Assembly: GCA_963765675.1 (NCBI GenBank)
Contig: CAVXXK010000006.1
Location: 288,001-352,000, forward strand
Reading direction: 5' to 3'
Origin: an uncultured delta proteobacterium
GTDB lineage: Bacteria > Desulfobacterota > Binatia > Binatales > Binataceae
DNA: 64,000 nucleotides
Shown: piece after piece, positions 49,800-60,570 of the stretch
How positions within the stretch are numbered: the first letter of the stretch is position 1
Layout of the letters: each line of letters starts with the position of its first letter
The notes under the pieces: model-generated
The model's input: only the letters and a program-made list of their open reading frames with translations
What the model was told of the DNA's origin: nothing
Databases searched by the model: none
Position numbers and translations under genes: made by a program

Positions 49800-52701
49800 A
49801 TGAATAGGGAGGGCACGCGCGCGTTTCGCGCATCGAATCCGGTTTGGGCGCGAATTGCGCTAGCAGCGATGGCGCTGGTCACGCTCGGCGCTTCGCCCGC
49901 AGGTACCGGAGGTCCGAGCGGCAAGCTTATCGGCATTTTCTCGGCGATCGTGCTGATGGCGATCGTCGCGTATGCGTTCTCGCTCGGCGTCGGATCGCTG
50001 CGCGGCGACGATGAGGCGGGTCTCGACTCCGCGATTATCGGGCTTGCGGCACTGGCGGTGATAAAGACCGCGATGTTGCCGTTCTTTCCGGGGTTCGGCC
50101 CGGACGTCGGCAGTTACCAGGCGTGGGCGCTGCAGATCTCGAGTCTCGGGCCCGCGCATACCTATCAGCAGGGTTATTTTCTCGATTATCCACCCGGCTA
50201 TCTCTACGCGCTGTGGGTCGCCGGATTGATCGCCGGCCTGATGCACGCGACCGGCGACACGCTGCGCGTGATCGTCGAGAGCCCCGCGATCGTCGCGGAC
50301 TTTTTTCTTGCCTTCACACTGTTTGCGTTCGTTCGCCGCACCTCGCGCCCGTCGATCGCGTACGCCGCGATGCTGATGGTCGCGCTCAATCCCGCGCTGC
50401 TGTTCGACACGGTGGTCTGGGGCCAGAGCGACTCAGTCCTGACCTTCACGATGTGGCTCAGCATAATCGCGATTCTTGACGAGCAGTACGAAGTCGGATG
50501 GGCGATGGCCGCGATCTCGGTACTGGTCAAGCCTCAGGGTCTGATGCTGCTGCCGCCGCTGGCGTGGTGGACGATGCTCGAGACGCCGGTGTGGCGATGG
50601 GTGCGCGTTGGCGTGGTCGGGTTCGCGGTGTTCATCATCGGGATCGCGCCGTTTCAAATCGGCCACCATTGGAACTGGATTCTCGACCTCTACACTTCGA
50701 CCGCGGCGTACTATCACGAGACCTCCGTCAACGCGTTCAATCTAATCGCGCTGCTGGGCGGCCTCCGGCAGCAGGACAGCGGAACAGTCCTGGGAATCTC
50801 GTGGTTTGGATTAGGGATGTCCCTGCTCGCTCCGCTGTATGGGTTCGTCGCGTGGATTCTGTGGCGCAAGCGCAGCGCGCAGACGATGGTGTACGCGGCG
50901 TTCATCACCGTGTTCGGGTTTTTTATGGTCGCGCCGCGGATGCACGAGCGTTATCTCTACCCGGCGCTGGTCTTCTCGATTCCGCTCGCGCTCGAATCGA
51001 CCGAGATGCTGGCGGTGTTCGTGGTTCTCTCGCTCACGACGCTGTTCAATCTCGCGTATGTCCTGCACACCCTGCAGACCGTGGTGTTCCTCGACTCGCG
51101 CGACACGTTGGCGATGGTGGCGTCGGCGGCCAATGTGCTGATTCTTGCGGCCTCGGTCTATTACGGCGCGGTCAAGCTCGACGGCGCGTCGGCGGGCGAA
51201 GGTACGAGCGCGAGAGAGCTTTTCCTGCGCATCTTTCCGCCCCGGCCTGCTGAGACTCGCATCGAGCCGCGCGGCGCACCGCTTAAGTGGATCAATCTCG
51301 ACACGCTGGTCGTCGCGGGTCTGCTCGCGGTCGCTATCGTGACGCGCTTCTGGCATCTGGGGCATCCGAACGAAATAGTTTTCGACGAAGTTCATTTCGT
51401 CGGCCAGGCGCGCAACTACCTGCACGGCGAGCGGTTCCTCGATCCGCATCCTCCGCTGGCGAAGCTCGTGATCGCGCTCGGTATCTGGCTATTCGGAGAT
51501 CATTCATGGAGCTGGCGGGTTGGCAACGCGTGTATCGGAACGATGTTGATCGGCGTGACCTACCTGCTCGGCCGGCGGATGACGCGATCGCGCCTGGCGG
51601 GCGCTCTGGGAGCCGGGGCGGTGTTGCTGGACGGGATGTACCTGGTCGATTCGCGCGTCGCGGTGATCGATATCGTATATCTGACGCTGGCCGCGGTATC
51701 GTACGCTGATTTTTTTTCGTATCGTCGATACGCCGGGAGTCGCCGCGAGGCGCAGGCTGCTCATTGTCCTGGGCGCGGCTCTTGGACTGTGCGTGGGAAG
51801 CAAGCTCATGATTCCGGCGGTCACCTTTCTGCTGGTGATGGGATTCCTGGTCTGGATCCTGGCGACCGAACCCTCGCTCACGCGGCGCGACAAGCGAATC
51901 ACCGGCGCGATTCTGCTCACGGGAGGAGTTGCCTCGATCTTTTATATCGGCACGTTCCTGCCGCATTACTATCTCGGATGGTGGGGGGGAATTCAGGACC
52001 TCTTCCAGTATTACAAAGACATAATCGGCTACGAGAAGAGCGTCTCCACCGCAACGCATCCCTACTCGTCCAAGTGGTGGAGTTGGCCGATGATGCTGCG
52101 GCCGATTGCGTATTGGCAGAATTTTCCCAAGGTCGGCAAAGTTGAGACCATCTGGGGCGGTGGTAATCCGATTCTATGGTGGGGCGCGTTAACCGCGATC
52201 ACGATCACCGCGGTGGATGCGTTCGAGCGTCCACGGCTGGAACGCAGCTTCCTGGTGATTGGCTATCTTGGCTATCTTGTGATCTGGATTCCAATTGGCC
52301 GCACCTTGTTTCTGTATCACTACATGGGTTCGGTCTATCTCGGATACGTCGCACTCGGATGGCTGCTGGCGCAATGCTGGAATGACTATGCCGAGCCGTG
52401 GGTTCATCTGGCGTTGATGTTCACGCTGGTGCCGGCGTTTATCCTGGGGCTCGGATGGGGATGGGGAGCGATCGCGGTGCTCGTGCTGTTCGTGAGTTAC
52501 TTGCTGATCTCCTACAATGTGTTTTCCGGCAAAATCGGATCGTCGTATCCGGGAAAGTATGTATGCGCGGTCTTCTGCGCCACCGCGATTATACTGTTCA
52601 TCTACTATTTTCCGATATGGACCGGAATGCCTATTGATCGAGCGGGTTACTACTCGCGGATGTGGCTACAAGAGGCCGGCACGGTCCGAAACTGGATTTG
52701 A
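49800..52701 (+). CDS. Double GT-C fusion: GT87/ALG6-like module + protein O-mannosyltransferase (PMT)-like module; 1-nt frameshift near 51705
   Basis: DYPPG, WGQSDS, KPQ, MHERY; then FDEVHF, HPPLAK, HPYSSKWWSWP, GNPILWW, FLYHY; deleting G51705 restores SYLIFFRIV..GSK. Confidence 0.82.
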
Positions 52702-52706
52702 TCGCG

Positions 52707-53489
52707 ATGACGCCGAGTAGCTATCACCAGGAATCATGCGCCGCGACGCTTCTCGCGGCGCTGGCGATTATACTTTCGATCATCGCGCCGTCACCCGTGC
52801 GCGCGGCCTCCGCAAACCTGCTCGTCAACGGAGATCTTTCGAAAGGCTCGGAACATCAGCCCGACGAATGGCGCACCGAAGCGTGGCTCAACGATCCCGA
52901 TGCGTTCGCCTATGACTGGACGCATCCGGCCGCAGGTGGCCCGGGTGAGCTCAAGGTCACCGCGCTCAAGGCCAACGACGCGCGCTGGATGCAGTCGCTA
53001 TCGCTGCAGCCGGGCTGGTATCACATCACGGCCGAGGTCCGCACCGAGAACGTCGGGACGCAGGCGACGGGTGCCACCGTGTCGATCATGGAGGACGGGA
53101 TTATGTCCGCCGACATCCGGGGAACAACCGGATGGCAGCCGATCGGCCTCTATATGAAAGTCGGCGCGAAGGGCGCCGACGTTCAGGTCGCGTTGCGTGT
53201 GGGAGGTTTCGGCAGCCTGAACACCGGAACCGCATATTTTCGCAATGCGCGGGTCGAGAAGATCGTGGCGCCTCCTGCGGGTGCGGCCCAGGTTTACGAT
53301 CTCGCCGCGATTCGCAAGGCTTCGGAACCGCTGCCTATCGGACAGCCGATCACGCTGGTCGCAGTGTTCGTGATTCTGGGCGTGGTATCGGCCTACGGAT
53401 GGTGGATGTTCGGGGTCGAGGAGCCGATCCGCAAGCCGACGCTGCCGAACCGCGCTGAGCGACGCGCACAGGCACGGCGCGCCCGATGA
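52707..53489 (+). CDS. Exported carbohydrate-binding (CBM4/9-like) domain protein with C-terminal membrane anchor
   Basis: Signal-like N-terminus, NLLVNGD, NDARW, GTTGWQ, GTAYFRN beta-sandwich pattern, terminal TM and basic tail. Confidence 0.7.
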   Translation: MTPSSYHQESCAATLLAALAIILSIIAPSPVRAASANLLVNGDLSKGSEHQPDEWRTEAWLNDPDAFAYDWTHPAAGGPGELKVTALKANDARWMQSLSLQPGWYHITAEVRTENVGTQATGATVSIMEDGIMSADIRGTTGWQPIGLYMKVGAKGADVQVALRVGGFGSLNTGTAYFRNARVEKIVAPPAGAAQVYDLAAIRKASEPLPIGQPITLVAVFVILGVVSAYGWWMFGVEEPIRKPTLPNRAERRAQARRAR

Positions 53490-55003
53490 TTACCGACGCG
53501 CGGCGCACCCGGCGCATCGAGTGGACGCTCTTCTTCCTCCCATTCATCAGTTACGCATATTTCTACCAGGCCGCGGATCAGAGCACGGCCGCGCGCTTCG
53601 ATCTGATGCGCTCGATCCTCGAGCGGCGCTCGCTGTGGATCGACGGCTTCGCGGGCTACAACACCGCCGACATCATCAATTACGCCGGGCATATCTATTC
53701 GGTCAAAGCGCCCGGGACCTCAATCGTCGCGATGCTGCCGTGGGCCGCGATTCGGCTCTGGCTGTGGCCGCTTTTGGCTAATCACGAGGACCTCTACTGG
53801 GCGCTCACGACCTATTTCACGATCGTGCTGACGACCGGGCTCTTGATCTCGATCCTGTGCGTCGTGATGTACCGGTTCGCGCGATTCTTGGGCGCGAGCG
53901 AAGGCCGCAGCGCCGCACTCGCGTTGATCCTCGGATTTGGCACGATCGCATTTCCCTACGCGACCGAGATGACCGGCGAGCCGTTTGCTGCGGCGTTCGC
54001 GTTTATCGCTTTTTATTTGATCGCGACCTTCGCCGAGGATCCAAAATGGCCGCGCGCGTTTCTGGCCGGACTTCTGGCGGGGTTCGCGGTGCTGAATGAT
54101 TATCCCACGCTACTTCTCGCCGCTGCGATCGGGTTTTACATGCTTTACCGCGTGCGGCGCCTCGACGGTATTGTCGCATTCTCGGCCGGCGCGGCGATCG
54201 CTGCGGCGCTGATGTTCGGATACAACTGGGGCGCCTTCGGCAGTCCGCTGTTCTTTAGCTATCAGGCATTCAAGCTGCCGGGGAACACCCAGTTCCCGGA
54301 GCAGGCCAAGGGCTTCGTCGGACTCACATATCCGAAGCTGGACAACCTTTGGAACATCCTGATCGATCCGCAGCGCGGGCTGTTCGTTTGCAATCCGATC
54401 CTGCTGCTCGCGATTCCTGGTATCGGCTACTTCTTTCGCCGCCGCGTCTTTCGCGCCGAATGGATCGTCACGATCATCGCGATCGCCGGGATGATTCTGT
54501 TCAACGCTTCCTACGGCGAGTCGATTGTTTCATGGGGCGGCGGCACCGCCACCGGACCCCGGCAGATCGTGGCTGCCGTGCCATTCATGGTGCTGACCCT
54601 CGTGTTTGTGCCGCGCTCATGGAACTGGCTAATCGGCGCGCTGGCGGTGGTGTCGGTATTCATAATGCTGGCGGCGACCGCGACCAATCCGCACTTTCCC
54701 TACGAGTACCACAATCCGGTGCGTGACTTCGCGATGCAGCAATTCATGCGCGGCGACTTCGCCACCAATCGCGATGCCTATTTTGGCGGCGGGATGATCG
54801 TTGGCGACTCGACCGCCTTCAACCTCGGCAAGCTGGCCGGCCTGCCGGGTCCGTTGCAGCTATGGCCCCTGGCATTTCTATGGATCGGCGGCGCGTTTGA
54901 ACTGACCGACACGCTGCAAATCTTTTCGAGCGGCTCGCGCGCGAGGCTAGGCCGCGCCGCAATCGCGCTCGCGAATCGCGACGGATCTTTCTGTCGTCGA
55001 TGA
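53486..55003 (+). CDS. Polytopic membrane protein, probable GT-C glycosyltransferase
   Basis: Many TM helices; YSVKAPG, PQRGLF..NP, WGGG..GPR loops; in operon with the PMT fusion. Confidence 0.7.
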   Translation: MITDARRTRRIEWTLFFLPFISYAYFYQAADQSTAARFDLMRSILERRSLWIDGFAGYNTADIINYAGHIYSVKAPGTSIVAMLPWAAIRLWLWPLLANHEDLYWALTTYFTIVLTTGLLISILCVVMYRFARFLGASEGRSAALALILGFGTIAFPYATEMTGEPFAAAFAFIAFYLIATFAEDPKWPRAFLAGLLAGFAVLNDYPTLLLAAAIGFYMLYRVRRLDGIVAFSAGAAIAAALMFGYNWGAFGSPLFFSYQAFKLPGNTQFPEQAKGFVGLTYPKLDNLWNILIDPQRGLFVCNPILLLAIPGIGYFFRRRVFRAEWIVTIIAIAGMILFNASYGESIVSWGGGTATGPRQIVAAVPFMVLTLVFVPRSWNWLIGALAVVSVFIMLAATATNPHFPYEYHNPVRDFAMQQFMRGDFATNRDAYFGGGMIVGDSTAFNLGKLAGLPGPLQLWPLAFLWIGGAFELTDTLQIFSSGSRARLGRAAIALANRDGSFCRR

Positions 55004-55461
55004 TCGGGCGGATCCGCCAACCCTTCGATTTGATCGCGCAGCACGGGCTTTTGGGGCGCTACTTCGTCGGCCAGGAGGCGGGATTCACGGCGCCGCATCT
55101 AGTTCGGATAGATCCGCAGATCGACTTCGACAGCGTGGCCGAGCTCGGTGCGATGCCGTTTCCGTCGGTCGCGCAATGGACCGGCGAACTCATCGCGCCG
55201 CGAACCGGAGTTTACCGGTTCAGTATCGACGCCGACGACGCCGGATGGCTCTCCATCGATGGCCGCGTCGTGATTCCCGATCCCGGCCAGGTGAATCGCC
55301 CGCACGCGACAGGGCTGGCCTATTTGATCGCGGGGCGGCACCGAATCATGGTTGCCGAGCGCAACTTGGCGGGCGACGCATCGATCCAGCTCTACTGGAG
55401 GGTGCCGGGCAATCAACCCGAACTGGTGCCGTCCGCCGCGCTCATTCCGGAAACTCCGTAG
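55000..55461 (+). CDS. PA14 domain; probably the frameshifted C-terminus of the preceding membrane protein
   Basis: RIDPQIDF, WTGEL..P.TG.YRF..DADDAGWLSIDG, LYW..PG..ELVP. Confidence 0.78.
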   Translation: MIGRIRQPFDLIAQHGLLGRYFVGQEAGFTAPHLVRIDPQIDFDSVAELGAMPFPSVAQWTGELIAPRTGVYRFSIDADDAGWLSIDGRVVIPDPGQVNRPHATGLAYLIAGRHRIMVAERNLAGDASIQLYWRVPGNQPELVPSAALIPETP

Positions 55462-55476
55462 GCTGGCCGCAACGGC

Positions 55477-56559
55477 TTACCCTTGTTGCGGGAGCAGGCC
55501 TGCGCGCGTGATCTCGCGCCGCTCGCTGCGATCGAGCGCCTCGGCCGCGCGCGATAGCGGAAAGCTTGCGTCGCATAGCTCGCCGTAAGGATAACGATCC
55601 ATGTGCGTCGCCAGGAAATCGAGCGACTTCTTCAGGTAGTGCGGCGGATAGGTCGCAACGCCGATAATCTCGAGCGACTTGAACGTGATCATCGAAGGCG
55701 GAATCGAGACCTTCAGCCCGGCCGAGATATTACCGACCTCGATCACGCGGCCTCCGGCCCGCACCATCTTCATCGCCTCCATGAATGCGTCGGGCACGCC
55801 CGCAACTTCCAGCACCATGTCGGGCCATCCGTGGCAAAGCTCGCGCACGCGTTTGTCGCGCGCCTCGGGGTCGGCATATTCGCGCATATCGATCGTCTCG
55901 TCGGCGCCGAAGCGGCGTGCCTGCCGGAGCCGCAGGTCGAAGCTGTCGATTGCGATCACCCGCGCGCCGCGCGCCTTCGCAATCGCCATCGCATGCAGCC
56001 CCAGTCCGCCCGCGCCCAGGACGACGATCGTCTCGCCATAGGCGAGCCGTCCGCGATCGACGCTCCAGTAGACCTGCGACATCGCGCAATTCGCCGCCGA
56101 GGCAACCGCGTCGGGAACATTGTCGGGCACCTTGTAGAAATGCTGCCCTGGTCTGATGACGTAGTGCGTGGCGAAGGTCGCGGTGAAATGCGGCGGCTCA
56201 TCCGGATGACGCGAGCCCATCACTTTGTTGATGCACGCCGCGTGATTCCCCACCACGCAATTCACGCATCGGTTGCACACCGTGTAATAGACCGGCGCGA
56301 TCCTGTCGCCCTCGCGAATCGGCGCGCCCGCATAATCGGCGGAGACACCCGCGCCCAGCGCATGCACCCGTCCCGACATCTCGTGGCCGGGCATGATCCC
56401 GCGCCGTCCGAATTCGCCCTTCCACATGTGCACTTCGGAGCCGCAGACGTTGGTCTGAGTGACCGACGCGACCAGACCGCCGGCGGGAGGCGTCGGAACC
56501 TCGTATTCATGAAACTCGATCTCGTGACCAGCCGGGATGTAAGCGATTTTGCCTTTCAT
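55477..56559 (-). CDS. Zinc-dependent alcohol dehydrogenase (MDR family)
   Basis: CGSE, GHE, CxxCxxC..C, GAGGLG. Confidence 0.92.
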   Translation of the reverse strand: MKGKIAYIPAGHEIEFHEYEVPTPPAGGLVASVTQTNVCGSEVHMWKGEFGRRGIMPGHEMSGRVHALGAGVSADYAGAPIREGDRIAPVYYTVCNRCVNCVVGNHAACINKVMGSRHPDEPPHFTATFATHYVIRPGQHFYKVPDNVPDAVASAANCAMSQVYWSVDRGRLAYGETIVVLGAGGLGLHAMAIAKARGARVIAIDSFDLRLRQARRFGADETIDMREYADPEARDKRVRELCHGWPDMVLEVAGVPDAFMEAMKMVRAGGRVIEVGNISAGLKVSIPPSMITFKSLEIIGVATYPPHYLKKSLDFLATHMDRYPYGELCDASFPLSRAAEALDRSERREITRAGLLPQQG

Positions 56560-56721
56560 CGGAGACCTCCATCAGGCGAGGAGCAGTAAACACGGTTTCC
56601 CGCCGTCGCGATGATATGTCAAGCCGACGCGAAGCAGGATCAGGAGTCGTAGCAAAAAAAGATATCTCTGCGAACGGAAAACCGTTGTACCCGCCGCTCG
56701 TAGTCCCCCTTCCCGTGGTCG

Positions 56722-57333
56722 TCAGCTTCCCGGCTTCTTCAGGACGTCCGGACCCAAGAGCGTTGGCCGGCTAGGACCGAAAGGCTGCTCGTTGTGAGAA
56801 GCCGCGGCAGCGGGAGCGTTCTTATACACCGGCGGATGCGTGATGCGCGCCTGAGCGAGAACTTGTTGCAGCAGGCGCGACTCCTGTGCCCCGCGCGATA
56901 TGCATTGCTCGTCGCGCACGGGTCGCAGTGGCACGCTGACCGGAGAGTCGAAGGTCGCGTTTATCGCGACCCGGCTCGATTCGTTCGAGACTGCCTTCAC
57001 GTGGAAGTTGTATACGCTGGTCGAGTCAGGCTCGGGCACGGCAGCATAGGTGCCGACCACGCTCTTGATCTCGCCGCAATCCGCATCCTGGAGCGAGAAC
57101 GGGCGTCCCAAAACCTCGATAATTCCGTGATTCGGATCCGTTGCCTGCACGTTGTAGCTGTTCGAGCGGATCACGTCGTTGACCGCCGTCCACGCGAGGT
57201 CATAGGGCAACGGTACGATCGTGCTGGTCTTGTCGTCCGGCGGTGCCTGCGCGGTCGGCGGATAGAAGCATCCAGAGGCGACGAGCGCGAGAATCGCGCC
57301 GAAGAGAATCAGGCGTATTTTATCGAACTCCAT
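56722..57333 (-). CDS. Hypothetical lipoprotein
   Basis: Lipobox ASG|C after a hydrophobic signal; two further Cys. Confidence 0.7.
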   Translation of the reverse strand: MEFDKIRLILFGAILALVASGCFYPPTAQAPPDDKTSTIVPLPYDLAWTAVNDVIRSNSYNVQATDPNHGIIEVLGRPFSLQDADCGEIKSVVGTYAAVPEPDSTSVYNFHVKAVSNESSRVAINATFDSPVSVPLRPVRDEQCISRGAQESRLLQQVLAQARITHPPVYKNAPAAAASHNEQPFGPSRPTLLGPDVLKKPGS

Positions 57334-57527
57334 GACCCGGGCTTTCAACGTATCCGATCGCGGCATCATAGCAGAGGTCGGGCGTCCGCTGTCCAATCTT
57401 TCGCGTGAATTCGCCTGAATCGGAACCGCATTCGCCCACGGCCCTCGCGGATGTTCCCCCTTGTCGCGATCTTTGTGATAATAGTCGCGCTTCGGGCCGC
57501 CACATCTTGGCCGCCCGCATGGAAACA

Positions 57528-58280
57528 ATGTCAGGTCATTCCAAATGGTCATCGATCAAGCATAAGAAGGCGGCGCGCGACGCCAAGCGCGGCAAAGTCT
57601 TCACCAAGCTGATCAAAGAAATCACCATCGCGGCCCGGCTGGGTGGCGGCGATATCAACGCCAATCCTCGCCTGCGCACGGCGGTCCTGACCGCGCGGCA
57701 GCAGTCGATGCCCAACGACAATATCGATCGCGCGATCAAGAAAGGCACCGGCGAGCTCGGCGGCGGCCAGATCGAGGAAGTCACCTACGAAGGCTATGGC
57801 AGCGGCGGCGTCGCGATCATGGTCGAGGTGCTGACCGACAATCGCAATCGCACAGTCGCGGAAATCCGCTTCATGTTTTCGCGGCATGGCGGGAACCTTG
57901 GCGAGGCCGGATGCGTCGGCTGGATGTTCAAAAAGCATGGGATGCTCTCGATCGACAAGGGCGCGATCGATGAAGACAAGCTGCTTGAGCTAGCGCTCGA
58001 AGCCGGCGCCGACGACGTGCAGAGCGACGCCGATTCGTACACCGTGATGACCGCGCCCGACAAGTACGGCGCGGTGCGTGAAGCGATCGAGAAGGCCCAG
58101 ATTCCGATCGCCAACGGCGAGATTGCTCTAGTGCCGGAAAACACGGTGCCGGTTTCCGGGCATACGGCCGAGCAGGTGCTCAAGCTGATCGAGGACCTCG
58201 AAGAGCACGATGACGTGCAGAGCGTCTCGGCCAATTTCGATATCAGCGACGAGGAAATGGCGCAGATTTCCGCGGCGTGA
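57528..58280 (+). CDS. yebC: YebC/PmpR family protein
   Basis: MSGHSKW..IKHKK, NPRLR, YEGYG, TDNRNRT. Confidence 0.96.
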   Translation: MSGHSKWSSIKHKKAARDAKRGKVFTKLIKEITIAARLGGGDINANPRLRTAVLTARQQSMPNDNIDRAIKKGTGELGGGQIEEVTYEGYGSGGVAIMVEVLTDNRNRTVAEIRFMFSRHGGNLGEAGCVGWMFKKHGMLSIDKGAIDEDKLLELALEAGADDVQSDADSYTVMTAPDKYGAVREAIEKAQIPIANGEIALVPENTVPVSGHTAEQVLKLIEDLEEHDDVQSVSANFDISDEEMAQISAA

Positions 58281-58320
58281 TTCCCTTCACAACGCGCGCG
58301 GTGACGCCTGGGGGACGAGG

Positions 58321-58869
58321 ATGCGGGTGCTCGGGGTTGACCCGGGAAGCGCGGTTACAGGCTTCGGGATCGTCGAAGGCGCCCCCGGAAAGTTTCAGTT
58401 TATCGCGGCGGACACCATCCGGACCCGCCCGGGCGAGCCTATGCCCGAGCGTCTGCGCGCTATCCATCACGGACTGCTCAGAGTTATCGACGAATTCGGG
58501 CCCGCTGCGATGAGCCTCGAGCGCAACTTCGTTGCGCGCAATATCCAGAGCGCTTTTCGGATCGGAGAGGTGCGGGCGGTCGCGATGCTCGCGGCGGCCG
58601 AGCGCGGACTTCCACTCTACGAATATCCGCCCAACGAAGTGAAACTCGCGGTCGCGGCGTTCGGCCACGCCGACAAGCTCCAGGTCAAATTCATGGTCCG
58701 GCGTACCCTGGCACTCGACGTGGATTACGAGCTCGCCGACGACGCATCCGACGCTCTCGCGCTTGCGGTATGCCATCTTGGCCGCTCGCGGCCCCCGCGT
58801 ATCACGGACGCGGTCGAACGTCCTGCGCGCGGCGACGCATCGCGCGCAATCAGGAACCGCAAACGATGA
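58321..58869 (+). CDS. ruvC: Holliday junction resolvase
   Basis: LGVDPG..TGFG, DDASDALA. Confidence 0.95.
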   Translation: MRVLGVDPGSAVTGFGIVEGAPGKFQFIAADTIRTRPGEPMPERLRAIHHGLLRVIDEFGPAAMSLERNFVARNIQSAFRIGEVRAVAMLAAAERGLPLYEYPPNEVKLAVAAFGHADKLQVKFMVRRTLALDVDYELADDASDALALAVCHLGRSRPPRITDAVERPARGDASRAIRNRKR

Positions 58870-58887
58870 TCGCGAATAGCAAATAAG

Positions 58888-59520
58888 ATGATCGCGTCAA
58901 TCAATGGAACCCTCGCGGTGCGCGACGCCGGCCGTGTGATCGTCGAGACTGCGGGCGTCGGCTATGAGGTCTTCATCCCGCTCAGCACGTTCTATCGGCT
59001 GCCCGCGCTCGGTGAACAGGTGCGGCTGCAGGTCCGGCAGGTCGTCCGCGAAGACGCGCTGATGCTGTATGGATTCGCCGAGCCGCTCGAGAAGCGCGCC
59101 TTCGACCTCCTGATGTCGGTGCAGCACGTCGGTCCAAAGCTGGCGCTCGCGATCCTGTCGGTGCTCGAACCGATCGAGCTGGTCGCCGCGATCGGACGCG
59201 AGGACGTCGAAAAGATCGACGCGGTGCCCGGCGTCGGTCCCAAGGTCGCCGAACGCGTGGTCCGCGAGCTACGCGACAAAATCGGAGATCTGAAGCTCGC
59301 CGATTCCGCCGTCGCCAACGGAACCTCCGGCCCACGAGCGATCAGCAATACGCCGGCGACGCCGATCGACGACGCGGTTTCCGCGCTGATAAATCTCGGC
59401 GTCAAACCGATCGAGGCCAAACGCACGATCGATTCGGTCGTTGCCGCCGACCCCGCCGCCGCGAACGATCTGCAAGTGATGGTGCGCAAGTCGCTGGGCG
59501 CGATCTATGGCGAAAAATAA
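58888..59520 (+). CDS. ruvA: Holliday junction DNA-binding subunit
   Basis: [26 protein letters not shown]. Confidence 0.95.
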   Translation: MIASINGTLAVRDAGRVIVETAGVGYEVFIPLSTFYRLPALGEQVRLQVRQVVREDALMLYGFAEPLEKRAFDLLMSVQHVGPKLALAILSVLEPIELVAAIGREDVEKIDAVPGVGPKVAERVVRELRDKIGDLKLADSAVANGTSGPRAISNTPATPIDDAVSALINLGVKPIEAKRTIDSVVAADPAAANDLQVMVRKSLGAIYGEK

Positions 59521-60556
59521 GCGCCAGAATCCTCGCGAAGGTATCGACGACGCCGAGCGCGTCGCCTCGCCCGCCGAGCTCGGCGACGACCATCGCCTCG
59601 ACCTTTCGCTGCGCCCGCATTCGCTCGGCGAGTTCGTCGGACAGGAAAAGCTAAAGAGCGTCCTTGGTATGTCGATAACCGCGGCCCGCCAACGCGGCGA
59701 GACTCTCGATCACGTGCTTTTCGCCGGACCGCCCGGACTCGGCAAAACCTCGCTCGCGCACATTATCGCGCGCGAGATGGGCGTTAGCGTTCACGTCACC
59801 TCGGGACCCGCGATCGAGCGCGCCGCGGACCTTGCGGCAATCGTCAACAACCTGGAAGAGGGCGATATCCTGTTCATCGACGAGATTCATCGCCTGCAGC
59901 GTCCGGTCGAAGAACGGCTCTACTCCGCGATGGAAGATTACGAGTTCCATATCGTGGTGGGCGAGGGGATGGGCGCGCGCACGATGAAGCTGGCGGTGAA
60001 TCCATTCACCCTGGTCGGGGCGACCACGCGCTCGGGCCTGCTCAGCTCTCCGCTGCGCGACCGCTTCGGGCAGAATTATCATCTCGAATTCTACAATCAC
60101 ACCGAGTTGACCGAGATCGTTGCGCGCTCGGCCCGGTTGCTGAAAATCGCTATCGACGGCGCCGGCGCGACGGAACTGGCCTCGCGCTCGCGCGGAACGC
60201 CGCGAATCGCCAATCGTCTGCTGCGCCGGGTGCGCGACTTCGCGCAGGTCAACGAAGCCGCTCTCGTCACGCGTGAGGTCGCGCTCGGAGCGCTCGAGAT
60301 GCTGGATATCGACGGGGCGGGGTTCGACAAGATGGACCGCGCGATCCTCGAAGCTGTCATCGACAAATTCGGCGGCGGACCGGTCGGCGTCGAAACCCTC
60401 GCCGCAGCTATCGGCGAAGAGCCCGACACGATCGAAGAAGTGTACGAGCCCTATCTCCTGCAGGAGGGCTTTCTGATGCGCACGCCGCGCGGCCGCGCCG
60501 CCACTGATCGAGCATTCAAGCACCTGGGCCGCAAGCGCGCAGGCACCATGTTTTAG
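59507..60556 (+). CDS. ruvB: Holliday junction branch-migration ATPase
   Basis: [33 protein letters not shown]. Confidence 0.97.
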   Translation: MAKNKRQNPREGIDDAERVASPAELGDDHRLDLSLRPHSLGEFVGQEKLKSVLGMSITAARQRGETLDHVLFAGPPGLGKTSLAHIIAREMGVSVHVTSGPAIERAADLAAIVNNLEEGDILFIDEIHRLQRPVEERLYSAMEDYEFHIVVGEGMGARTMKLAVNPFTLVGATTRSGLLSSPLRDRFGQNYHLEFYNHTELTEIVARSARLLKIAIDGAGATELASRSRGTPRIANRLLRRVRDFAQVNEAALVTREVALGALEMLDIDGAGFDKMDRAILEAVIDKFGGGPVGVETLAAAIGEEPDTIEEVYEPYLLQEGFLMRTPRGRAATDRAFKHLGRKRAGTMF

Positions 60557-60570
60557 CGACGGGAACTCAT

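Noticed and set aside
51700-51720. Programmed frameshift or phase variation at the T8 tract
   Set aside because: The best repair removes G51705 just before the tract, and similar indels occur across unrelated genes; not fully excluded without reads
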